From contig CAVQEL010000006.1 in the NCBI GenBank assembly GCA_963711515.1, positions 14,072-78,071 of the forward strand: a DNA stretch of 64,000 bases, given 5' to 3'. The stretch comes from an uncultured Planctomycetota bacterium (GTDB taxonomy: Bacteria > Planctomycetota > Planctomycetia > Pirellulales > PALSA-1355). Both the position numbers and the translations under genes were made by a program. Of this stretch, positions 54,221-64,000 are shown piece after piece. Position 1 is the stretch's first letter. Every line of letters begins with the position of its first letter. The notes beneath the pieces are model-generated. The model was not told the DNA's origin. It saw nothing but the letters and a program-made list of their open reading frames with translations, and searched no databases.

Positions 54221-54242
54221 CGCGGGTGACACCCCGGCGGAT

Positions 54243-54587
54243 CTAGCCCGGCGGCCAGCTCATCGGCCGGCCACCGAGCAGGTGGAAGTGCAAGTGATCG
54301 ACGGATTGACCCGCGTGGGCTCCGCAATTGACGACCACGCGATACCCGTCGTCGAGATTGAGTTGCTCGGCCAGCTTGCGGATCGTGAGGACCAGATGTC
54401 CCAGGATCTGGGCGTCCTCATCGGTCGCGTCCGCCAGCGAGGAAATTTCCTTTTTGGGAATCACGATCACATGCGTGGGCGACTGCGGATTGATGTCGTG
54501 AAATGCCAGGCACAAGTCATCGTCGTACACGATCCGGGCCGGAATCTCGCCGTCGATGATACGCTTGAAGATCGTCTTTTCGGCCAT
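54243..54587 (-). CDS. HIT-family (Hint-like) histidine triad protein.
   Basis: It carries '[14 protein letters not shown]'. Confidence 0.85.
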   Translation of the reverse strand: MAEKTIFKRIIDGEIPARIVYDDDLCLAFHDINPQSPTHVIVIPKKEISSLADATDEDAQILGHLVLTIRKLAEQLNLDDGYRVVVNCGAHAGQSVDHLHFHLLGGRPMSWPPG

Positions 54588-54613
54588 GGTTGCGCCTTCG
54601 CAAAAAAACCAAC

Positions 54614-54883
54614 TTACGAGCGGATCGCCGGCTGATCCAGCGGGATGGCTTCGTCCACCAGCAGCATGGGAATCTCTTCGACGATCGGGTAGAGCACGGC
54701 CTGATCGGCCCGCACCAGCCCCCCGTCCAAGTGGCGTTCCACCTTGCGGCCGGCCTTGTTGACGAGCGTGCCGGAGGCAGCCGCCGCGTTGATCCTGGCC
54801 ACCAGCTCGTTGCTAGCAACCGATAGCTCGCTGTGGTTTTCCGGGCAAACCAGCATCTTTAAGAGCTCGCTGTGAATCATCAT
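54614..54883 (-). CDS. Trm112-like small protein (DUF343).
   Basis: It reads '[20 protein letters not shown]...[19 protein letters not shown]'. Confidence 0.6.
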   Translation of the reverse strand: MMIHSELLKMLVCPENHSELSVASNELVARINAAAASGTLVNKAGRKVERHLDGGLVRADQAVLYPIVEEIPMLLVDEAIPLDQPAIRS

Positions 54884-55172
54884 CAACTCACGCCCGGGGG
54901 CGATCACCTGGCCGAATACGTAGTCAAACGGTTGGACAACGGGGCGCCGGCGGCGGTCGGCCCATGCCCCCAGAGTGCCGCATCGGGAGCACCTTGGCAA
55001 GGGCCCCCGGTCGGGCTTTTCCAGCGCGAATTGCTTGGTCACCTCAAGCGCTTGCATGGATGGCTCCGATAAAGAGGATGAGGTGCCCCTGCGGCAACGG
55101 AATCCCCCAGGGCGGCCGGCCGGCCCGGCTCGATTCGCCGGCTGCCACGGAACACTGACGAGGGAACGACCC

Positions 55173-55754
55173 ATGATCCGTGCAAAATCGACGGTCCTTA
55201 TTTGGACCCTGACGGCGCTCGCGGCGCCGCTCACGCTGGCCGACGACGTTCGCTATTACGTCGACAACGGCATTCAGTACCGCGAGACGACCCAGGTCAC
55301 GCAACGCCCGGTTACCGAAACCCGTTGGGAGCCACACCAGACGACGGTGGTCCAGGAGCGTTACACGACCAACATGCAAGATTCGGTCCGCACCTATCAG
55401 GTGCCAGTCACGGAGCACCAATGGGTGCTGGGAACGCAACGAAGCTGGAACATTTTCGCTCCGCCCACGCTCTCCTATCGGCTGATGCCGGTGACGCGCT
55501 GGGAAACGCGGACCGAGACGGTGCGCATTCCGGTCACGAAGCGCGAGCTTGTTCCCACGCAACAAGTGCAGCACGTTCCGGTGACGAACACGAAGATCGG
55601 CGAGGAGCGGGTCGTGCGCCACGAGATCGTCGGTCCGGTGACCAGCGGTTCGACGTCCGCGGTGGCACAAGGCAGCTCGTTTGGCGGCTCGAGTCTGGAT
55701 GGCGATCCGCCGGCCACCAGCTCGCTCCCGCAACAGGTTGACCGCCGGCGTTAA
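55173..55754 (+). CDS. Secreted hypothetical protein, T/V/Q-rich.
   Basis: It has a signal peptide 'MIRAKSTVLIWTLTALAAPLTLA' with an RBS 'gaggga' upstream. It is followed by a strong terminator. Confidence 0.55.
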   Translation: MIRAKSTVLIWTLTALAAPLTLADDVRYYVDNGIQYRETTQVTQRPVTETRWEPHQTTVVQERYTTNMQDSVRTYQVPVTEHQWVLGTQRSWNIFAPPTLSYRLMPVTRWETRTETVRIPVTKRELVPTQQVQHVPVTNTKIGEERVVRHEIVGPVTSGSTSAVAQGSSFGGSSLDGDPPATSSLPQQVDRRR

Positions 55755-55825
55755 GTCGCCAACGGCCTGGCCTCGTTCGCGTTGAAAAATAACCGCCCGC
55801 CGGGGCGTTTACTCAATAAAAATAC

Positions 55826-55866
55826 GCGGAGCAATCGACCCGTTGCTCCGCGTATTATTTTTTCCG
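55826..55866. terminator. Bidirectional rho-independent terminator.
   Basis: A perfect 14 bp stem, aatacgcggagcaa/ttgctccgcgtatt, has an 8 nt loop. It is flanked by an A-run on the left and a T-run 'attttttcc' on the right. It lies between convergent genes ending at 55754 (+) and 55904 (-). Confidence 0.7.
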
Positions 55867-55903
55867 CCTCGAGTGCCGGCCGCGTCCTCCGCCGGTCACC
55901 GCT

Positions 55904-56216
55904 TTAGTTTGAACCGAACTCCGTGATCTCTTCGGGCGGACGCGTCTTGGCCCGCCGCGGCGCCTTCGATGCGCCCCATTCCTTGGTCAACGTCTCGAAC
56001 ACCTCGGGCGACTCATAACGAATCACGTTCTTGCCCTCGGGCATGGGACCGATCAGGCCGCGCAACACCGGCAGCCCACGTAGTCCCAGGTCGGTGCTGC
56101 AGTCGTCCACGCCGATTTGGGTGTGCGACCGCAACAGACTTTCTCGTTTGCTATAGTCTCGAACATGTAGTTTGCCATCCGTGCCACGTGTCACAATCCT
56201 GAACGTGTCTTTGGCC
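55904..56216 (-). CDS. Hypothetical protein (about 104 aa).
   Basis: ORF 'MAKDTFRIVTRGTDGKLHVRDYSKRESLL...'. The upstream part of the longer ORF looks non-coding. Confidence 0.4.
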
Positions 56217-56504
56217 ATATGAACAGCGGTTCCTCCGGGGTGGACGGTAGCGGGGGGCAGACGATTCCGCCAGCAGGTATCGGCGGCGCGGGCTGAGCGC
56301 CGCAAAGCAATCTCTCCGCCACGACACAGCACTTGAGACCGCAAGAACCGGCAAATACAAGATTTGCGCCAAGCCCGCACACCCGGCGCACACATCGGAC
56401 CGGTGGCAGCGAATAGAACGCCTGGAGCGTGCCACGAGCCATAGCCAGGGGCCGCCTGGACCGCCGGCGTCGAGGGTGGCAAATGTACGGCTCGCAGCAC
56501 GGGC

Positions 56505-57249
56505 TTATCGGCCGCCGGTCAGGTCGACGATGGCTCCGGCCGCGTAGGAGGCTTCGTCCGACAGGAGCCAGAGGATGGCGTAGGCGATTTCCTCCGGCTG
56601 GCCGGCGCGTTTCATGGGCAGCGACTGTTTCAAGCGCTCGACCCGATCGGGGTCGCCGCTGGAGGCGTGAATCTCGGTATCGATGATACCCGGTCGCACA
56701 CAGTTGACCCGGATGCCCTCGGCCGCGACTTCCCGGGCCAGGCCCGTGGTAAACGATTCAATCGCCCCCTTCGACGCCGCGTAATCGACGTGCTCGTGCG
56801 GCGCGCCGAAGTGCGCGGCGGTCGACGACAGATTGACGATCGCTCCCCCCTCGCCTCCGTGCCGCGTGGACATGCGGCGCACGGCCTCGCGGGCACACAG
56901 AAGCGACCCGATGACGTTCGTGTCCATGATTTCTTCGAGGGCTTCGAGCGTCAGCTCGTCGACTCGCTTGGGAATGCCCAGAATCGCCGCATTGTTGACC
57001 AGCGCCGTGAGCGCGCCGAGCTGGCGGTCGACGGTCTCGAACAGCCGCATGACGTCGGCCTCGCGGGCGACGTTGCCGACGACGGCGATGGCCCGACCTC
57101 CGGCTTGTTCGATGTCGCGTACGACCGCGTCCGCGGCCGCGCGATTCTCGCGATAGTTGACGCACACGGCATAGCCGCGCGCCGGCCAGCCGCGACGTGG
57201 CGGCGCCGATGCCGCGGCTGCCGCCGGTAACGATCAAAACCTGCTGCAT
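56505..57249 (-). CDS. SDR-family oxidoreductase (FabG-like). Apparent frameshift near 57170.
   Basis: The N-terminal 'MQQVLIVTGGSRGIGAA' is in one frame. The catalytic part 'NLSSTAAHFGAPHEHVDYAASKGAIESFT...RVNCVRPGIIDTE' is in another frame. Confidence 0.75.
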
Positions 57250-57304
57250 GGTGGAACCTGCAAGGAAGCGTGGGCCAGCGTCTTTGGCAAGCTAATAGGT
57301 TGGC

Positions 57305-58390
57305 CTACGACGCCAATTGCTGCAAGCGGGCGGCTTCGTCCCGCAACAGCGTGGGGCCGCCCAGGAGCTGGCGGTTGGCCCCGATCCGCTTGAAGAACAG
57401 GTGCAGGCCGAGTTCTTCGGTGAAACCGATCCCGCCGTGGACTTCGGTGGCCGTTTTGGCAACGAACGTGCCGACCTCGGCCAGGTGCGCCTTGGTGTGG
57501 CAGGCCGTGAGCCGCGATTCCTCGCCAATGGCGTCGAAGGCGTGGGCCGCGTACCAGAGCATCGCCCGGCAGGGCTCCAGCTCGGCCGCCATCTCCGCAC
57601 ACATGTGCTTCACCGCCTGGAACGATCCGATCAGACGGCCGAACTGCACGCGCTGCTTCGCATAGGCCACGGCCTGCGTGAGCATCGTCTGGGCCGCTCC
57701 CAGAATGTCGGCAGCCAGCAGAATTCGCCCGGCGTCGATCGCCCGGGCGCATACTTCCGGGTCGGACGAACCGGGAAGCGGGTCGGCCGCGACGTTTTCA
57801 AACGTCAATTCGCCCGTGGGGCGCGTTTTGTCGATCGTGATCAGACTTTGCCGCACCAGTCCCGGCGCGTTGGCTTCCACGAGATACAACGCGCGACGAT
57901 CGTCCGCGACGAGGAACACATCGGCCGCGAAATCGAGCAGAAACGACGCCCGGCCGGTGAGTTTGTTACCGCTCGATCGCACTCCGGCGCCATCGCGCGC
58001 GCTCACCGCCTCGGTCAGCGCGGCGCCGGCGATCACGCGCCCCTCGGCTAGCGCCGGCAGCCAACGGGCTTGCTGTTCGGCCGATCCGGACGCGGCAATT
58101 GCCAGGGGCACGATGGCCGCGGTGGCGGCAAACGGCACCGGAGCCGCGCGCGAGCCCAGCGTCTCGGCCACCAGCGCCGCGTCGAGCAACCCCAGGCCGA
58201 TGCCGCCGTGCTCTTCGCCGATCAAGAGCCCTGGCAGACCCAGCTCGCAGAGGCCATCCCAGACGTCGGCAGCCCTGGTTTCGTCGTTGCGGACGAAGTT
58301 CTGGACGCGTTCCAAGGGCGCACTGCGGTCGAGAAACTTGCCGACGCTTTCTTGCAACAGTTCTTGTTCTTTGGAGAGTCCGAATTCCAT
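57305..58390 (-). CDS. Acyl-CoA dehydrogenase family protein.
   Basis: The ACAD fold is present ('MEFGLSKEQELLQESVGKFL...', 'GSFQAVKHMCAEMA'). Confidence 0.8.
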   Translation of the reverse strand: MEFGLSKEQELLQESVGKFLDRSAPLERVQNFVRNDETRAADVWDGLCELGLPGLLIGEEHGGIGLGLLDAALVAETLGSRAAPVPFAATAAIVPLAIAASGSAEQQARWLPALAEGRVIAGAALTEAVSARDGAGVRSSGNKLTGRASFLLDFAADVFLVADDRRALYLVEANAPGLVRQSLITIDKTRPTGELTFENVAADPLPGSSDPEVCARAIDAGRILLAADILGAAQTMLTQAVAYAKQRVQFGRLIGSFQAVKHMCAEMAAELEPCRAMLWYAAHAFDAIGEESRLTACHTKAHLAEVGTFVAKTATEVHGGIGFTEELGLHLFFKRIGANRQLLGGPTLLRDEAARLQQLAS

Positions 58391-58405
58391 GCGAAGAGTT
58401 CCGTT

Positions 58406-59590
58406 TCAGGCCTTGGGCTTCGGCTCGCGCGGCAGGCCCAGCCCGCGCTCGCTGATGATGTTCTTTTGAATCTGCGACGTGCCGCCGCCGATGATCAGGC
58501 CGAGATAGAGCATGTACATGAACTGCCAGCGGCCTTCGTCGCGGACGTGTGGACTGTCTCGAAAAAGAATGCCCAACTCGCCCAAGGCGTCAATGGCCAG
58601 GCCTTCCAGCTCGTGACGCAATTCGGTTCCTTGCAGCTTGACGATCATGGCTGCCAGCGAGGCGTTCTTGTGGTTGAGCCGGGCGCTGAGCAGCCGCAGG
58701 TCGTTGAAGCGCATGGCCATCACGCGACCTTGCAGTTTCATGAGCCGGTCGCGGTAAACGGCGTTGTCGATCACGCGCCGGCCGTCGACGGTTTCTTGCT
58801 TCATCAGATCGATCAAGGCATGCAGCCGGGTGAGCGTGGCGTTGGGATCGCCCAGGTCGTCGCGCTCGTGCAAGAGCACCAGGTTGGCCACCTGCCAGCC
58901 TTGGCCCCGCTGGCCAACGATCTGATCGCGCGGCACGCAGACGTCGGTGAAAAACACCTCGTTGAAATGCGAGTCGCCGGTCATCGTGCCCAACGGGCGG
59001 ACGCGAATCCCGGGGGTCTTCATCGAAAACAACAGAAAACTCAGCCCCTGGTGCTTGGGCGCATCCGGCTCGGTGCGCACGAGGCAAAACATCCAGTCGG
59101 CGACGTCGGCCGTGCTGGTCCAGATTTTCTGGCCGTTGACGATCCACTGGTCGCCGTCCAGCCGGGCGCTGGTGGTGAGACTGGCCAGGTCGCTGCCGGC
59201 GTTCGGCTCGGAGTAGCCCTCGCACCAGATAATGTCGCCGCGGAGCGTGGGGGGAATGAATTGCTGTTTCTGCGCTTCGGTGCCCATCTCGAGCAGGGCC
59301 GGCAACAGGAAAGCAATCCCCTGCCCTCCCATGCCCGGCGAGACTTGCGCCCTGGCAAACTCCTCGGCGATGATCCGCGACTTGAGAATGTCCGGCTCGG
59401 CGCCGTAGCCGCCGTACGCTTTGGGAATCGCCCGGGCCACGTAGCCGTGCTCGATCAAGAGCTGTTGCCAGGCGCGGATTTTTTCGCGGTCGAACTCCAG
59501 CGGCTTGGGGGCCAGGTGCGCATGCGCCTCGATGAATCCGCGCAGCTCGTGGCGAAAGGCCTTGTAATCGTCGCCGTAGGACAGGTCCAT
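58406..59590 (-). CDS. Acyl-CoA dehydrogenase family protein.
   Basis: It carries 'WCEGYSEPNAGSDLASL...QKIWTSTADVADW'. Confidence 0.8.
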   Translation of the reverse strand: MDLSYGDDYKAFRHELRGFIEAHAHLAPKPLEFDREKIRAWQQLLIEHGYVARAIPKAYGGYGAEPDILKSRIIAEEFARAQVSPGMGGQGIAFLLPALLEMGTEAQKQQFIPPTLRGDIIWCEGYSEPNAGSDLASLTTSARLDGDQWIVNGQKIWTSTADVADWMFCLVRTEPDAPKHQGLSFLLFSMKTPGIRVRPLGTMTGDSHFNEVFFTDVCVPRDQIVGQRGQGWQVANLVLLHERDDLGDPNATLTRLHALIDLMKQETVDGRRVIDNAVYRDRLMKLQGRVMAMRFNDLRLLSARLNHKNASLAAMIVKLQGTELRHELEGLAIDALGELGILFRDSPHVRDEGRWQFMYMLYLGLIIGGGTSQIQKNIISERGLGLPREPKPKA

Positions 59591-59635
59591 CGAGAAGTCT
59601 CCGGTTGTGGATGCGCCCGTCGCGGCGCACCGGCG

Positions 59636-60544
59636 TCAGCCTTTAAACGTCGAGGGGCCAAAATCACCGTACGGTTCGTCCCGCTCGCGCACCGCCTGCT
59701 TGAAGCCGGCTTCGGCGGCCCGGCGCTGAAAGGCGTAGCCTTCGGCCGTGTGCCGGGCGATGCCGTCGAACACCGTGCCCAGGATTTGTGTGGGAAGCAG
59801 GCCTTGCAGCGACTGGTTTACCAGCAGCTTCATCATGATGAGCTGATTGATCGGCATTCCCGCGATGCGCCCCAGCAGGACTTCAAAACGTTCGTCGAGC
59901 TTCTCCAAGGGCGCCGCTTCGATGGCCAACCCCCACTCGACCGCCTCGCTGCCCGACAGGCAATCGCCGGTAAACAACAGCCGCTTGGCCCGCTGGGCGC
60001 CGACGCGATGGGCCCATAACGCCGTCGTGGGCGCGCCCCACACCCGGGCGGGCGGATAGCCGATTTTGGCCCGATCTTCCACGACCAGCAAGTCGCTGCA
60101 CAGGGCCATGTCGGTGCCGCCGGCCACGCAGAAGCCCTGCACTTTGCACACGACCGGCTTGTGGCAATGAAACAGGCTCATGAAGCCGCGCACGTTGCGG
60201 CTCATCATGGCGTAGTCGACCATCGGGTCCCAAGTGCCCTCGGGGTCGTGATTCGCCGCCTGCACGCCCCCGTCCAACGGCGAACCGGCCGGAACGTCGC
60301 CGGCCGAGACCTCCTGCATTCCTCGTTCGGCCGACGCCACCAGGTCGTACCCGCCGCAAAAACCCTTGCCGCGGCCCGACAGGGCAATCACGTGTACGAC
60401 CGGATCGAGATCGGCCCGCTCCACGGCCAGCGCCAGCTCGCGCGGCATGGCCAACGTGATGCCATTGCCGCGCTCGGGGCGATTGAGCGTAATCCGGGCG
60501 ACGCGGCCGGTCGTTTCGTAGAGCAACGTCGTGAAATCGTCCAT
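59636..60544 (-). CDS. Enoyl-CoA hydratase/isomerase (crotonase) family protein.
   Basis: It carries 'RITLNRPERGNGITLAM...VQGFCVAGGTDMALCSDL'. Confidence 0.8.
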   Translation of the reverse strand: MDDFTTLLYETTGRVARITLNRPERGNGITLAMPRELALAVERADLDPVVHVIALSGRGKGFCGGYDLVASAERGMQEVSAGDVPAGSPLDGGVQAANHDPEGTWDPMVDYAMMSRNVRGFMSLFHCHKPVVCKVQGFCVAGGTDMALCSDLLVVEDRAKIGYPPARVWGAPTTALWAHRVGAQRAKRLLFTGDCLSGSEAVEWGLAIEAAPLEKLDERFEVLLGRIAGMPINQLIMMKLLVNQSLQGLLPTQILGTVFDGIARHTAEGYAFQRRAAEAGFKQAVRERDEPYGDFGPSTFKG

Positions 60545-60708
60545 CGTACACGTTCCGCCAGGTTCGTCGGGCCGCGCAGCCGCCCTGATTGTCGGCTAAC
60601 GGCGTCCGGCTTGCAAACCGTTGAGATGGCGCTGCGGGCGGTGCTACGCTGACTCGTGCGGTGGCGTCGGCGGTTTCGAGGGCGATCCGACAGCGTGCGA
60701 GGCGGGCA

Positions 60709-61971
60709 ATGGGCGATCCGGGAAGTCATCACGGTCCGGGCAGTAGCGACCACTTCTTTCGCGAGGCGCGCCGCGACCTGGCCGGTCCGCTCGAAGGCTT
60801 GCTCGTGTTGGAAGTAACGTCCACCTGGGCGGGTCCGCGTTGCGGGGCGATGCTGGCCGATTACGGGGCGGACGTCGTCAAGATCGAATCGCCCACCTCG
60901 CCCGACGTGGCCCATCGGCTGCCGCCGTTTCTGGACGAAGCCGATCCGCCGCTGTCGTTTGTCGACGCGGCCGTCAATCGCAACAAACGCAACGTCACCC
61001 TCGACCTGACGCGCCCGGCCGGGCGCGAGGTGTTTTTGCACCTCGCTGGCGGCGCGGACGTGATCATCGAGAACTTTCGACCAGGACGCATGGCCAGCTT
61101 GGGTTGCGGCTACGAACACGTGCGGGCCGTGAAGCCAGACATCGTCTACGTGTCGATCAGCGGCTACGGACAATACGGGCCGTATCGCGACCGGGGCGGC
61201 TACGATCCGCAAGGACAAGCCATGTCGGGCTTGATGTGGCTGAACACGGTCGACGGGATCGTGCCCACCAAGGTACCGATCTACCTGGCCGATGAAATGG
61301 CCGGCTTGCACGCGGCGTTCGCGGCACTGGCGGCCTTGCGACATCGCGACGCGCACGGCGAGGGGCAGCACGTCGACGTATCGCTGCTCGATGCCATGGT
61401 GGCCTCCTCGACCGGCCAGCCTACGCTGGCGGCACAGGGCCTGCCGACGCCGCGCCTGGGCAACGTCTATCCGTTCGGCGCGCCGGCTAACGTCTACCAG
61501 TGCCGCGACGGCTGGCTGTACGCCGGCGTATTGCTCGACACGCATTGGGTAAAGCTGTGCGAACTGTTGGGCTGTGCCGAGTTGGGCCGGCATCCCGAGT
61601 ATGCCACGATCCCCGCCCGGGTGGCGCGCCGCGAAGAGCTGGACCAGTTGCTGGGCGAATACTGCGCGGCCCGCACGCGCGACGAAGTGGTCGAGGCGAT
61701 CGCCGGCTTGGGCCTGTGCGTGGAGAAGATCTTCACGCCGGCCGAGATGGTGGCCGACCCGCACGTGCAGCACCGCGGCACGATCCAAAGCGTCCGGCAA
61801 CTGTCGGGAGCCGAAGTGCGGGTCGAAGGCCCGGCCGCCAAGATGTCGCGCACGCCAGTGGGAGTCCGCAGCGCCGCGCCGGCCCATGGTGCCGACACCG
61901 ACGAAGTGCTCGAAGCCGCCGGCATCGACGCCCAGCGCCGCGCCGACTTGCGTGAGCAAGGCGTTATCTAG
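60709..61971 (+). CDS. CoA-transferase family III (CaiB/BaiF) protein. Start is uncertain.
   Basis: It carries 'LEGLLVLEVTSTWAGPRCGAMLADYGADVVKIE' and 'IENFRPGRMASLG'. Confidence 0.75.
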   Translation: MGDPGSHHGPGSSDHFFREARRDLAGPLEGLLVLEVTSTWAGPRCGAMLADYGADVVKIESPTSPDVAHRLPPFLDEADPPLSFVDAAVNRNKRNVTLDLTRPAGREVFLHLAGGADVIIENFRPGRMASLGCGYEHVRAVKPDIVYVSISGYGQYGPYRDRGGYDPQGQAMSGLMWLNTVDGIVPTKVPIYLADEMAGLHAAFAALAALRHRDAHGEGQHVDVSLLDAMVASSTGQPTLAAQGLPTPRLGNVYPFGAPANVYQCRDGWLYAGVLLDTHWVKLCELLGCAELGRHPEYATIPARVARREELDQLLGEYCAARTRDEVVEAIAGLGLCVEKIFTPAEMVADPHVQHRGTIQSVRQLSGAEVRVEGPAAKMSRTPVGVRSAAPAHGADTDEVLEAAGIDAQRRADLREQGVI

Positions 61972-62005
61972 AGCGCCGCAAACAGCGCGGCGAAGAGAAA
62001 AAGCG

Positions 62006-62052
62006 AGGGTGAAGGGACTCGAACCCTCGGCCTCTAGCGTGACAGGCAACCT
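62006..62052 (-). other. tRNA 3'-half-like fragment (T-arm plus acceptor 3' strand) without a matching 5' half.
   Basis: Minus-strand sequence is ...GGCCGAGGGTTCGAGTCCCTTCACCCTCGC. A T-loop 'TTCGAGT' sits in the stem GAGGG/CCCTT. No complementary 5' acceptor strand (GAGGGTG) was found within 500 bp. Confidence 0.35.
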
Positions 62053-62227
62053 GGAGCCCCACGCAAAACCGCAAGAAATCACCTGTATCTCACGAGTTTC
62101 AGAGTATACCGCGCGACTCAAGTATTGCAAATGTTTGCACGCCGTTTTGCGGCGAATGTGTAGCGCACACAAGCCGGCGGGTGTACGCTACACACTTTCG
62201 ATCGCCGATCCGCAGACGCGGCAGGGG

Positions 62228-62521
62228 CTAATGATGATGTTGACCCGACAAACGCGGACAACGTGCCGGCTCAGCCAGGCGGCGCTCGCCGGCGTTCAGG
62301 AGATTCATCGAGCCGTCGCGCTTTTCGTCCGTTCGCTTCTCGCCGTGGCGGATGCGGCGTACGGTCCGCTCGCTGATTGCCAGGCCCAGCATCCGCACGC
62401 TGGCGACGATCGTCGCATCATCGATGCCTTGCTCGATCAGCAGCAGCACGAACGGCCGGGCTGGGTGTGGCGGGGTCATGCATAGATTTTGGTCGACGGG
62501 CCGTACATTCCGCTCCCCCAA
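62228..62521 (-). CDS. Small hypothetical HTH-like protein.
   Basis: It carries 'DATIVASVRMLGLAISERTVRRIRHG', a helix-turn-helix-like segment. Confidence 0.25.
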   Translation of the reverse strand: MGERNVRPVDQNLCMTPPHPARPFVLLLIEQGIDDATIVASVRMLGLAISERTVRRIRHGEKRTDEKRDGSMNLLNAGERRLAEPARCPRLSGQHHH

Positions 62522-62978
62522 GCGGCCGGCAGGAAAATCGAGCCCCCAGATTCGCTCCTAACGAGCGCCGGCCAACCTCGGCGACCCAGATCACCCCGGC
62601 GCGGACGGACTATATGCCGACAAAAAAGCCCGCCCGTAGGGCACCGTGTGCGGGGGCGGCCGGCAGGAAGGACCCGCGACCCGCTGGCTACGTCCAGCGA
62701 GACGGCCAGGCCTGGGCGTTGGGGTGCTCGGGGTCTACGGAGGGATCGCCGTCGTCGATGCCTAACCTGAACAGGATTCGGCAGTTATGGCATTCCGCGA
62801 AACCGTGCTTCGCGCCCCACGAGCCGGCCCAGCGGGCCGGGTTGCCGCCGACGGCGCAGGCCTCATCCAGCAGCGCGTTTCCATCTCCCGCGTCGGGCAA
62901 CTGCAGCACGGTAAGCCCAAGACCGCATGCCAGCAATCAGCTCGTCGCAGTCGAAATCGTCGAGGTTATCGGCCACGA

Positions 62979-63900
62979 CTAGATCAGCCCAAGCAGGCCA
63001 AAGGGGCGCGAAAACTTGGTCTCGAATTCGTAGAACTGGGCGGCCGCCGGGTCTTGCTGGCCAGTGTCTGGATTGAAGGGAATGAGTTGGCCGGCCAGGT
63101 TTTCTTGGCCCTGTACCAGACCCGTGTAATGCAACACGGGGTCGCCGAACGGCTCGCTGGTGTTTGGGTCGATCGCCGGCCGAGGGACTTTTTTGCCGCC
63201 GACCGTTGTAATGACCTTGTATCCCCGGGCGAGCACGCGCTGCCACCAGGCGTGCGCGTCGGTCGTGTGATACTCGGCGCCGTCGCGCATCAGGATCGTC
63301 GCCCGCACCGACCAATAAAACCAGCCCTCGGTGCTCACGCTGGTCGCCGTCAGCTTGGCGCATGAGCAGCGTGCCAGGCGGGTTGTCGTAAAAGGAATCG
63401 CTGTTCACTTTCATCCGATAGTCTTTGATGATCGCAGGATTGACCCACGCGACGTTTCGCTGAATTGAAATCGCCGGCGTCGATTGCACTTCGCGCAGGT
63501 GCGGGCTGCTCGCCGGTCGCGAACATGATGGCCTTGCCGTTGACGTCCTGGTCGATGTCGACCTCTTCCTCGAAGTCGATGAAATCGATCTGCGGCGGCA
63601 CGTCCAAGGGTCCGCTGCCGGGCATCGTGGGGAATTCCAGCGGGGGCGATTCATACTGCACGCTCAGCACGCGCAGCACGGTCGAAACACGCTCCAGCGA
63701 GCGGCGTGTCGCGACCAGATACAATTTTCGGGGTGCTGGCTTTTGGGCTGCGGCACCAGCGGGCTGTAGAGAATTTCATTGTCGGCCGGTGCCGGGCGTG
63801 ACCTGCACGTGATAGTACTCGGTGCCGATCCGGCTCGACGCCCATCTGGTTCAGAGGGGAACTATCGCCCGCCTCGTGGCGGATCATTGGGGTGATAGAA
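62979..63900 (-). CDS. Hypothetical protein with multiple apparent frameshifts.
   Basis: Coding-looking blocks lie in three frames: 'WFYWSVRATILMRDGAEYHTTDAHAWWQRVLARGYKVITTVGG', 'ISIQRNVAWVNPAIIKDYRMKVNSDSFYDNPPG' and 'IDFIDFEEEVDIDQDVNGKAIMFATGEQ'. Confidence 0.3.
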
Positions 63901-64000
63901 ATAATGCCCATTCTATGGCTCCCGACTAAAAAACGAGAAGCCGCCGTCTGCGGCCGGCGGCTCCCGCAACCTGGGAGCGCCAACGAGGCTTCGGCGCTCC

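Noticed and set aside
61990-62520. tmRNA (ssrA) at the tRNA-like fragment
   Set aside because: The fragment ends CACCCTCGC rather than with a tmRNA-type acceptor. No complementary 5' strand (GAGGGTG / GGGG...) occurs within 500 bp.
1-64000. CRISPR array
   Set aside because: No series of regularly spaced short direct repeats was seen anywhere in the window.

Overview
This 64 kb window looks like high-GC Planctomycetes-type chromosome (clustered sulfatases, ECF sigma/Ser-Thr kinase pairs, sigma-54 activators) with a lower-GC horizontally acquired island at its left end (about 1..11553). The island is anchored at a tRNA-Lys(CTT) gene with an adjacent tyrosine integrase. It carries the 5'-partial R subunit of a type I restriction system (hsdR) and a YgjP/DUF45-type Zn-peptidase gene. 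It also carries a tandem pair of cassettes, each a RecB-like PD-(D/E)xK (D..ExK..QxxxY) nuclease-fold protein followed by a truncated SNase-like thermonuclease gene, and a nested pile of IS3, IS256 and IS21 fragments. The duplicated nuclease cassette is the best candidate for an uncharacterised defence-type system. The remainder is core genome: a sigma-54 GAF regulator, fabI, a NUDIX hydrolase, three sulfatases, a SIMPL protein, an NtrC-type regulator, an SPFH lipoprotein, a TlpA-like redoxin, two ECF sigma factors (one paired with an anti-sigma-zinc-finger Ser/Thr kinase), cdsA/plsC, a roughly 14 kb exopolysaccharide locus, and a beta-oxidation-like cluster. About 20 genes, including housekeeping-type ones, show apparent frameshifts, often at G/C homopolymer runs, which looks like assembly indel error rather than biology. 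Two rearrangements are worth a second look: a diverged tandem segmental duplication creating chimeric PhyH-family ORFs (17.5-18.7 kb), and a tRNA 3'-half-like fragment near 62.0 kb.
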